Shown one piece after another: positions 37,101 through 49,100 of a stretch of DNA of 64,000 nucleotides (position 1 is its first letter; the number at the start of each line of letters is the position of its first letter). The notes below the pieces were generated by a model. That model was not told where the DNA came from. It saw nothing but the letters and a program-made list of their open reading frames with translations, and did not search any database. The stretch is from Pocillopora damicornis. Taxonomy: Eukaryota. A program made the translations under genes and the position numbers. The stretch lies in contig NW_020846901.1 in assembly GCF_003704095.1 (NCBI RefSeq), positions 310,001-374,000 of the forward strand. The letters run 5' to 3'.

Positions 37101-40100
37101 ATTATTACTCTAACAATTCCATGTTCATCCTCCCTTTCAGAGGAGTTTCTGCGGCTGTGTCCCGGTGGGATAGGATTTGTTCCAGATCCTTTCACTCTTG
37201 TCATTAAGGGTAGGCTCTTTATAATTTAATCGCATTCCGTGAACTTTAAACATCTGTTTTTTTCTTAATATAATATTCGTTTGACGCGTTTTGTTTTTTA
37301 ATTATCTCATAGATGTGGACGAATGCCGGGAACTCCCAGGGGTATGTAGTCAAGGGCGATGTTTAAACACTCTTGGAAGCTTTGATTGCTTCTGTCCTAA
37401 AGGATTCAAACACGACATTTCTTCTGGAAAATGCATTGGTAAGATGAAGTCTAATTTCAGTTGATCATTCAACTATCTCCTTTATATTCCAATTCCATCA
37501 TTTTAGTTATACCTCTTACTCCAACGGTTCATATTCGCAATTATTTTCCTCGTTGAAAGCTTATCTTGACCCTTCACACCCTGATATCAGTATACATGTT
37601 CTCCATACTATTCGTTATGTGTTTCCTAAGGTGCTGAAAACGAGAATTTGTTTACCAATCAAGATCCTCTTTAGTTGGTGATGATTTCCTTTGTTCTCGT
37701 GACTTTTATGCTTGATTCAGGGGTGATATTGGAAGAAAAATTAGATACTGGTCACTCTCAGTGGTTCAAAGGTTAATAAGCTTCTGTTTTCTTTAGATGT
37801 TGACGAGTGCAAAGAACTGATCTTCATTTGTGGTCTTGATGGGATATGCATCAACACAAATGGAAGTTATGAGTGTGTCTGCCCCGAAGGACAAAAACCA
37901 AACCCGGACGATAAACGTTGTGAAGGTAAGTGACGTGGCTAGAGGTTTTCGCACTGTTTCCTCTCAATTTTTCATTCCACCAGCTAATATCACTACCTTT
38001 TTTTCTTTTTTTTGGTATTTCGTAATTGATCTACAAAACGAAACAACTCAGGCGGTTTTCCTTTTGTTTGAATTTCCTTGTGAAAACAATGTGCCCAGTT
38101 GAAGGAGCGAGACAGTTCCAGGAAATGGCATTACTGGGTTTTGTCGAACTGGCCTCTTTGAATAAACTCAGTTTTCCCTTTCCTGCGCGGAACACCTGAA
38201 AACCTTGCCAAAGTTTTGACCGACGAATAACGTAGACGATCTGTTAAACCAATTATCAACCCTTCTGGGATTGAAAACATGTTAAGACCACAACGCATAC
38301 AGCTGCAGGCTCACGGAATAGACTTTCGTTCCCCACTTCCGTTAGAAATGACCAACTTTCTTATTTTAGCTGGGCCGGATAAATACACAGCGCGCCGAGT
38401 ATTTTGATTCAATCAAAAATTAAAAAAAAAAAATAACGTTGTTGCCTTTGTTCTAGACAATCGACCGCAAGAGTGTTTCATGGAAGTGGAGAACGAGGCG
38501 TCTTCAAATCCTGTTTGCAAGGGCAAGTTTTCTAAGAACGTGACGAGGGGCGATTGTTGTTGCACTGGAGTGGGGGCGGCGTTTGGCTCAGAGTGCAAGC
38601 AGTGTCCAAAGAAAGATTCAAGTAAGATTCAATTACAAATTTTTCTGAATACTTTATGGCTCTTTTGAATATACTGAGAGAAATTGGTTTCATCATCAAG
38701 CTCTGAGCAGCCATTTTCTCGTGACCAAGCTACTTCTGTGGTACTGTAGGACCTACATAACCCATATTATAACAGTCCTTCACGCTTTTTGAAATAAGGC
38801 TTGAGAATTCATTTCTTTCCTCTGTGTTCACTTTCCACAGTCGAATGGACAGCCTTGTGCCTGTCCATAACACGCGTGACACCAACTACGGGTATTGAAA
38901 TAACTCATCCCACTTCCGAACCCTCCGGGGTTGTTCGCCCTCCTGAAGGGGTAACGACCCCATCAACAACAGTCAAGCCTGTGACACAACCGCGTAGAGG
39001 TAAGAGATGGATAACCTCGTATAGAAGATACAAGAGCCACTTGAGTAACGATTCATATCTACCTAAAAAGACAATTTCCGAATTTTTTTTCGGTGAAAAT
39101 TTAAACTTTCGGCTTTTAATCTGAAGCCTTTAAAAACTAAGATATAAATGCATGGGGGATATGTTTGTAAAGAAACTTAGATGATGCGTCGGTGGGAGAA
39201 TATAGCATGTAATTTAGTGTGAACAACTGAGTTGAAAACGTAAATTGGCCACCGTAAAAGGGTAAAAAGCTGACGTTTCGAGGAAGACGACTAGGTGACA
39301 GATTCCGAGAACACCTTCGCGACGTGGAAAGAAATGACAAGAGATAAAATGCATAAATGCATGGAATCGAGAGTACTTGCCAAATGAAAGTTGATAATAA
39401 CGTTAAAACGAAAGAAAAAGGCAAAAAGGTAATACTTTTTAAATATAGTACAATATCGTTATGGAAAAGGCTTGTGGCTTGCTATGTTTTAGCGTTTCTA
39501 GTCTTATCAACTTCCCATACATTAATTATATAATATATTAGTTTTAATTTTCATTTTAGCTTTCATAAGATATCGGAGATTCGCTACCTCTTGATTTTGA
39601 TTTGATTATTTAGGAGTATTTTTATTATGTTATTGAATTCTCTGTTGCAGTCGTGGATGAGTGCGAACTGTTTCCCGAGCTTTGTTTGTACGGAGAATGC
39701 ATCGACACGCGAGACAGCTACAGATGTACATGCCCGCTTGGTTACAAGCTTGGCCCGAGAGGTGTAATGTGTAAAGGTAAATATGATATTTCCTTTAGCT
39801 TTTCATCCTTCTGGGTGAGTTTCAAGTTGTTGCTAGAGCACTGGAAGGATCAAAAGGCTCCAATTGCAACCGTGGCCTGTTCCCTTATTGGCTGGTAAGA
39901 GGTCCGAAGAGACCAATGACGAGCAATCTTTATCGCCTGACGAAAATCGCTGAAGATGATACCCTAAAAAACACCGCCAAATTGACCACTTCTGGAAAAA
40001 TCGAAAATCATCTCGGTTACTTCGTTATCTTATGATTCTGCTTTTAAGCTCACAGGTATATCAGTGACTGCATTGTTTTTCCTTCTAAATAGATGTGGAT

Positions 40101-43100
40101 GAATGCAAGATGTCTCCGTGTAAGAATGGTACTTGTCTAAACAACTTCGGCAGTTTCCTATGCACTTGTCTAAAGGGATTTAAACTCGACATTACAAGAC
40201 TGGCCTGTGTAGGTAAGTTAAGTCTGTCAGAGCTTATTTTCTAGCTTCTCGTTTCTTATCCATACTCTAGACCTAGCCTACTTAAAGGTCTCTTCTCCAA
40301 ACCTTGCCACCTATCACCTTGTCAACTCTATCTGTTCTTATTTTCCCTTTTCTATCCTCTTCCCATCCACCTCTCTCCTCCCCTCTTTTCCTGTTTTCAC
40401 AGGCGATAATTCCTTTCTTTTCTCTGAGCTTCTTTTCCTTTTAAAAAACTTTACCACAGCCGAAAATTGGTCTTTGTGGTCTTAATGTATCAATAGCTGA
40501 TCCTCGTAGCGTGTGAGGCGCTTTCAAAGCGCCTCTCTCAAGCTTTTGATAAGTGTAACGGTGATTGTGTGAGACAAGCAAAAGCAGATGAGTTTTCTGC
40601 TTCTTACAGAGGCCCCAGCTAATTTTCCGCGCACGTGACTAATTTGAAAATACCCTTTAATAACCTGCTAACCTACGAACGGTGCGGTTTTTTATCCAAT
40701 ATCTTACAAGATCTAGACGAATGTCTTGAGCCAGGATACTGTGAACATGGGCGATGCGAAAATTCTATCGGTGGCTTTAATTGCCAGTGTAACAGAGGCT
40801 ATCAGATCACAACTGACGGAAAGACGTGTGTAGGTAGGTGGATAAAATACTGATAAAATCTTGGTGTACAGCCATTTATAGCTTACATTGCCACTTGTGC
40901 AGTTGTAATTTCAGAATATCATCGAGAAAGTCAATCACAAATAAACTGGTGCAGGATCCGCCTGTTCAATTTGAAAAGGCGTAAAACACTGGACGTACTG
41001 TTGATATCGCTCACCTGCGAGTAGGTGTATCTAAATTTGGGTGCTTTGTACGAATAATTTAATTAATTAATATTTCATTTACGTTTTAAATTAAGCTTGT
41101 GATAAGTATAACGACGACTAAGTCGCAGTTATCACTGAAATTTTCTTCATTTTCTTCTAGATGTAGACGAGTGCTCGCAGGTCAGCGGTATTTGCGTCAA
41201 CGGGACATGCGTCAACACACAGGGATCTTTTCGTTGTAATTGCTTCAATGGCTTTAGGCTCGACAGTCGAGGCTACTGTAAAGGTGAGTTGTAAATGTTA
41301 CAACAGATAACGGATGGTCTCTATGTCTCCATGTTCTGCAATGCTTGAACTTGAAAAAATAACGTAAGAAGAAAGAAATGGGAAAGAAAGAAATTGAACA
41401 GAGAGAAAGAAATTTCATGCTCTAGTAATAATGGTTATTTCTGAGGTACTTGGTATGAGTTATGTGGGGCCCTTAACCTATCACATATTGTTGCTCGAAC
41501 GAGATTGGTCTAGAGCCGACATCTGGCTGAAAATCGCAAGAGCTAAAACCAAAGAATGTTCGAGGTTTGCAGTTACAAATAATATTCGCAAACAAATATC
41601 GGAGCAAATTTCACGCTACATGGAGGTTATTGGGACCATTTAGCTCTTGAACACTAAATTAAACTTTTACATAACTGACATTATATTGTTACTGTTAACC
41701 TATAAATTGGTTTACCAATTTGTAATTATCTGTTTTCATCCTTCTCTCGTTAAGTTTTTTTCTGATTCATTTTCAGATATTGATGAATGCTCAGCTGTGG
41801 TCGGTGTATGTCAAAATGGACGTTGTATTAATACTATTGGCGGCTTCAGTTGTGATTGTATCCCAGGATACACCGCCACCCCTGACAAAATGCGGTGCAG
41901 AGGTTGGTGGCATGTTATTCACGTGCCTTGAGCGATGCTTCTCGTGTCATTGAACGTGACAGGAGTGCATGGCTGTATTCTATTTCCCACAATCTGTGCG
42001 TGTTTCTTGTAAATCTGTTAAAAACCTTGAAATCCTGAGATATTTCGGCATCTTTATTGTGTTTTGACCAATTAAATCAGACATGTAGGCAAACCACATG
42101 TTAATTACCATTGTTGAGTAGTTACTCACCAGTTACTCACGACTGAATAACCTCTTTACGCAATAACATCCTAAAAATGTTTGACGCTCTCGCTTTCCTG
42201 ATTCTAAAAGATTTACAAAATATCAGCACCTTTTTGTTTATCTTCCAAAGTTGTGTTTGCTTTTTGAACCGTTCATTTGGTAAATGCAATCTTCAGTTAC
42301 TGTGATGCAAAAATATACCCAGTGTTTTATTTCCTCAGATATCAACGAGTGTACAGAGGTGCCAGGATTTTGCGAGAATGGTATCTGTACCAATACCATC
42401 GGCGGCTCACGGTGCGAGTGCACGACAGGGTTTAAACTGAACCGTGCAGGAAATGCTTGTCTCGGTGAGGATCTGCTTTGTCACTTTTGTTTTGTCTTCT
42501 CAAGGGTATTGTTTTGTTATCGGTGCTGTTTGGGAAAAATCTTCAGGTCCAAGAAAAACTTAGGGAAGAAACTGGTTATAGTCACATCGATATGCGCATG
42601 GGACATGGATTTTCGCAACGTTTCTGTATTATTCACGCCATGAGTTTCAAAGAGCTACTCACACGTTAGGTGGTTTACTTTCTTCTGATTTATTTATTTA
42701 ATTTATTTATTTAGATGTGAATGAATGCGATGAAAATCCGAACTATTGTCAAGTTGGTGGTCAGTGTGTGAACACAGTGGGAAGCTACCGCTGTCTTTGT
42801 AATAAAGGTTACGAAGTTGGTAACGGTGGAAGCCACTGTATTGGTGAGGGCCTTAGAATGCTCTTGTACTTCAGTAGTACGAAATTGTCCATTCATCCAT
42901 CTATCGTTTCCTCTATTTCTCCTCTTCTCTCCCTCTTTTCATTGGCATTTATTCATTCATCATCTATCCGATGGTCCTTTCATCTTTTCCTTCCATCGAT
43001 TTATCCTCTCTTCTCTCTTTTTTTCCCTCATTCAATTTTCCATCCATTCATTCATTCCATTCATCATCTTTCTGAGTCATTCATTGATAAGTTATTCTCG

Positions 43101-46100
43101 CCTCGTAATTACTTTACACCGTATGATTATCTACTTGACTGTTATTCGTGTTATACCGTTTTATACCAGTCAATTTGTTACAATGTCGATTCAACAGATG
43201 TGCGGGTGGGTTACTGCTTCGAAAAGTTTGACGAGGAAGGTTGCACTAAACCTAATGGACGCGAGATGAGAAAAGCCATGTGCTGTTGTACCGTTGGAGC
43301 CGGCTGGGGTGACCCATGTGAACTTTGCCCGCAGAAAAATACTTGTGAGTATACTGCTATCGTATAACACATCGTGGTTAGTAATTTTTTAGAAATATGA
43401 AAGACAGTCTGCGTTTCCAAGGAAATGTTTGGAAAACTCACATAGTGGAAACTGTGGAAAACCTCTAAGTTACCGAACATCGAACAATTTTCTCTGTCCC
43501 TTATTTCAAAGGATTCGAATGGTTACGGAAGCTGAGTAATTCTTATTTGGGTTACGAACTTTAAAGATTGGACATCTTCAAAAATCATCTGGATTGAATC
43601 AATTAAAAAATTTTCTCAGAGCGTTTAACTCCTATTTATGTGCCATGTTTCGGTATTTTTACTAACCCATTTCAGGTTTGTGTAGACTTCGATAGGAATG
43701 AGGAACAACTGATTTTAATAAAGTGAAATGGTGGAATACTTCTTAAAGTTAGAGCTATACAAAAACTTTGCACATTGCTTTCGAATCATTTGCCTCCAAG
43801 TGGATGTTTACCCATGCGGAAGTGATGTTAGATATGCGGTGAACATTTGTTTCAAGAAAATCACAGCTGAGCGCAGTGAGGCAAAGTTGATGGAATCCTT
43901 CGACTTCCCATTTGAAATTTACACTCTAAGGCGCTCACGTTGTTTTTCAGCTGCCTTTACCCAGTTATGTCCCAATGGTGTTGGATTTGTGATGGACAGG
44001 CATGGTGTTACAGGTGAGATACAGTACAAAGGCGAAGGCAGTTTTTACTGCTTTTGTCCAAAACAAAACAATTCCATTCGCTTTCCTGCTGGAGCATTTA
44101 GCAATACCGGCTCACAGGTATTCTGGGTTTTGCTGCCTGTATCCTTTTTTGTGCAGTTCTTAACATTGCACTGCCTTTTTTTTTCGCTGTTACAGACGTG
44201 AATGAATGTCTCCACATCGCAAATCTTTGCGAAAATGGAGAATGCATCAACAATGATGGAAGCTATCGGTGCAAATGCAAAATGGGATATCAGCTTGATG
44301 AAACTGGAAAGAAGTGTGTCGGTGAGTAATTCTGTTATACCTTAGCTTTGTCAAGTGCTATGTTTTTTATGACACTAGAAGGATTGACCGAGCTGCTAAG
44401 TAATGCATTACAAGAAACCAGTGTTGTTGAGGATGATGACGACAACAATCATAAAATGACGAATAAGAATGGCTAGAGTGATAATGGTGATGATGATAAT
44501 GACGATGATGATAATTACGAAAACGACGACAGGCCTGTTTCGTAACATCCAGTCAATTAGCTATTTTGTATTGTTTTGTTTTTATCTCCGCATTAGATGA
44601 AGATGAATGTGACATGCCCGGTGTCTGTGGTAATGGTCTTTGCGTCAATACAGAAGGCTCTTACACATGCACTTGTCCAAAGGGCTATGCACCAGGCCGC
44701 TTCTCACCACGTTGTTCTGGTAAGGACTGGGTTCCAGGTTACGTGAAACACTTTATCAATCAGTAACTGCCTCTTGTTTTTTTTTGTAACGTACTTCTGT
44801 TCTTTCTACGTTTAACGCATATTTTTGGTTCTCTATAACTGAAAAAATTGTGCTCTAATTTTAAAACCTGCTTTAATTCCATAGATGTCAATGAGTGTGT
44901 ACAAAACAACGATCTTTGCGCGTTCCGTTGTGTGAATCAGCCGGGAAGCTACCGATGTATCTGTCCTCGAGGATTCGACTTGGCCCCAGACAAGATTCAT
45001 TGCAGAGGTAAATGAAGGCCTCATCAATGGCACACATCACGTGTTCAGATATAATCATGAAGTCGAGGCTTATTTGTATCTTATTGGAAAAGATGAGATA
45101 AACAACCAAAGCAAGATGGAACAAAAGCCTTCCTTCGGTTGTCTTTGTTTTTCTGTAACAAGTTTCAAGCAGACTTGTTTCCAATAGACGTTGAAGGTTG
45201 AAACCTGTTCTCCAAATATGCGTAAAAACGTCGTTATTGTAGCTCAGTATGGCTCATTTCTATTACTATTCAAAAATCAATCGGCTCAAAACATGCCGAG
45301 GAAGCTTTTCTCATTCAAAACCGTGAGCGTTATCCTAAGAGAATTGGAGAAAATTTTAAATAATCAAAACAAAACTAGAAGAACTTGGAGTTGCAAATTT
45401 GAACACGATTGTTTTAATCTGCTTTTTCCTTTCCTGTAGATATCAATGAATGCAGAGAAAACACCAGATTGTGTCCGTTCGTTTGTAAGAATTTTATCGG
45501 CGGTTTTAAGTGCAGGTGTCCCGCGGGATTCAGAGGAAATGGTCAGATATGTGAAGGTAAGCTGAATTGTTACATAGACAAATAATTGATATATTTAACT
45601 TACACCCAAACATTGCACGCACGTTACGCCCATAAGTAAAAAGATGTCATATCACGAGGAAAAAACAGCTACACATCGTCTGTAAAGGAAATTGATGATT
45701 TAGGAAACGGGAAGGCTTCGAGTGAGTGACATCATGTAACTTGGAAAGCGCGGATGAAAGTCATATCTGTCAAAAATTGACTCATTTCGAAATGTAGAGT
45801 ACTGACTTCTACCAAATTGGTGGAATCTGTATATCGTGCTGCACGGCCTAACAGGTAAGTTTAGTTTAAGACAGATGATTTTCTACGGCTGCCTGAATTT
45901 TCAGGGGTTTAGAACCAAGCATCAAAGAGATAAATCGACGTCAATTATTTGACAAATATTTTCACTGACTTTTCCCTTAGATATCAATGAATGCCGGGAA
46001 AAGTTGGATATTTGTCAAAATGGCGCGTGCAGAAACCTCGCGGGGACTTACATCTGCGACTGTGACTCGGGGTATCAGCGGAGTGCGGATGGAAAGGAGT

Positions 46101-49100
46101 GTGAAGGTAAAATCGCTCATTGTGGTTTTAAAAAAACTGCTTGGAGTTTACTAACGATGGACTGGCATCTTATTCTGAGGATTTGTTTGTTTGTTTGTTT
46201 TTTCTCTGCTTGCTTGCTAGTTTTGTTTTTAACGCGTTGAGAAACTTGTTGGAATGAGAGAGTACTTCATTCCCTTTTAGATACGCGAAAGGGACTTTGC
46301 TTCGCTGTCGTAAGGAACAACATGTGTGAAGCCGTCACAAAGGAAATGATGCAGGTCCGAAAGAAGGAATGCTGTTGTACGGCCGGGAAAGCCTGGGGCA
46401 CAAACTGCCAACTGTGTCCGAGGAAAGGAACTGGTAAGTTGTTTCTTTGGACATCTTCATAGCAATCTTTAATTTTTTATGTCTTTCTGAAAATTAATTT
46501 ACCTTTCGTACTGTTCCGCAGCTGAATATGGTAACCTATGCCGAACCATGGCACAACAAAAAAACAACATGACCCGTAAGTTTTATTTCCTTTTTTTATA
46601 GTGACTGTCAACGGTGTTAACGTGATTTTTAAAATTTTTTTTCTATTATTTGTTCTATTTCTACTTTTTTGTTCTTCAAGCCAATTCTTTTATTTTGGTC
46701 TAAAAGTCTGCTTCATAAAGGAGAAAGTGCAGTGGTCATTAACTGCGAAAAAACAGTCTTTAAGGGATTTCAATAATAATTTTGACTGAACTAATACAAC
46801 TTACAAGAATACAGTATTTTTTTGGCTGCGTATAGCAGCGTAGAGAGTTTCTAAAGCAGACGTTCCTCCGACGGAGGGCAAACGCTTGAAACGTCAGAGC
46901 TCACTCCCTTTGCGCGCAGAAGCATTTGTTAACAAGTAACAAGTCAAGATGTAAAAAATTTGTGTATGCATTCGAACTTCGAATGATACGTTGATTAAAC
47001 TCGTTTTATTTCAAATTATCATTTCATAGATTTATGTGAGATGATCCCAGGCCTTTGTCAGAATGGGAAATGTATGAATATTCGTGGGGGATACCGCTGT
47101 ATGTGTAACGTGGGCTACAAACTAACCATGGATGCGAAGCGATGCTTAGGTAAGGGAAAGGTCGTTTTCATGTTCTATCACCGGCCTTACTTTCTGGTGA
47201 AAAGTAAAATGTGAAGTGTACAATGTGAAGTGTGAAATGTGTAGTGTGAGGTGCGAAGTGTGAAATGTAAAGTGTGAGATTCTGTAATTTTTGTATGGAT
47301 CGTGACCTCTCTTCCGTGTTAGCTGTCACTATTACCACAATTACCTCATTTTAAATTTTTATACGAGTTTTGGTAACAAATTCTTTGAGTGTTCGGCTAT
47401 GTCACATCGATTTAAGTGTTATCGTGTTTCAATCAACAGATATCGATGAGTGCGCTAAAGATTCCAGTATTTGTCAGTTTACTTGTGCAAACACTGATGG
47501 TTCTTACAAATGTAGCTGTCCCATTGGATATGTGCTGCGAGCCGACAAGAAAACATGTACAGGTCAGTGACACAAACCTAGCTCATGTAGATGTACCTCA
47601 CCTGTCACTGTAAGGTGGTGAGTTAGAAAATTTTATCCACCTAAAATCTAAATCGTAGTTTAGAAAAAATTGTTAAACATGTTAAACGTGTTACCAAAGA
47701 AAAGAGGTTTATATCAGGTGCATGTAGAACACGGTCTGGAGATTTTAGAGTTCTAATTTTCGTCCTCTTTTCCTATCAGATGAAGACGAATGTACTACGG
47801 ATCGACATAACTGTCAGCATAACTGTATCAATGTCCCCGGTAGCTTCCGCTGTGGCTGTCCTGATGGATTCATGAAAAATGGAATTACGTGTGTTGGTGA
47901 GTCAAATATGTTGAGATGTATCCTGTTCCGTTTGTGTTGTTACCCGCTCTTACCTCGCTGGTGCATAGACATCTGTCAACTAAAATAATAATAATGATGA
48001 TAACAAAAAACGGGCGCGTAATGGAGGATGGGAATTTTTGTCTTAAGTCACTTAACATAGCAGAGCGTTGTGATTGCTGACGAGCAAACCATATATATGG
48101 GATCCAGTATTCAATTTTCCACCCATCACTGGACGTCTTTGTGTTTAGTTCTTCAAGTTCTCAACAATCTGTAAATAGCTACCTCTCACCAATTGGGATT
48201 TCAAGATTTATCTGTTATATTTAGAAACCCAAGGGGGTGGGGGGGGGGGGGGGGACAGAGGCATAGGGTGTGTTTAGTGCCCCGTGGTACGCAAAAACGT
48301 GAGGTTTACCTTTGGCATTTTTTTTTTTTAGACAAAGACGAATGTATGACAGATAACAACATCTGTGGATTTGGAAGGTGTGAGAACTTGCCGGGATCTT
48401 ACAGATGCGTGTGTAATCGTGGTTATACATATGACGATAAGACCAAGAAATGCGTTGGTACGAAAAACAGTGATTATTACTTTGTTGAGGTTACGGTCGT
48501 CTAAGAAAACCGATTTATTTTGGATTAGGTGATTTAATGGCGAATAAAAGCGCTTTGGCTGTAGCATAAACGAGAAATGCTGCACCAGAATAAGTCCTGT
48601 GCAATATGTGAGGAATTTTGAGACCATTCCATGGCCAGTCAAAGTGTTTATCTACCGAAGTCTTATGATGCATGATAGAAGTCTCAAATTTGATCAATTT
48701 TTACTCTAATCGTCGTGAATTGACTTGGTGCTGCCGTAATTGCCCTTTCAGAAATAGTCAGCAGCTGAAAATAAGTGCCCTCGAAGTTTGAATACAAAAG
48801 TCGACATTTATGTTACTAAAATTTACCGTATTTTTTTTGTTCAGGAAATAACAGATGTACTGGAAATGCGTGTCAATATGGTTGCTTCAACCTCGGGGGT
48901 GGATATCGATGTGGATGTCCCCCCGGATTCACGCAGGATTTTTACTTCAACCAGTGTGTTGGTAAGTTTAATCATCTTTCGCCATAAAAAATGGCGATAA
49001 ACCTCGTTTGCTTTTACGAAGAACAATGAAACAGATCCACAGTTATCTCTTATCATTTTTTTTTTCTTTTCCTTCTCTGCTTTCTTTGCTTCTATTTTTC

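Noticed and set aside
42717-43367. 216-aa ORF with an apparent hydrophobic transmembrane insert in fibrillin
   Set aside because: Read-through of a low-complexity intron between GT (42844) and AG (43197) splice sites.
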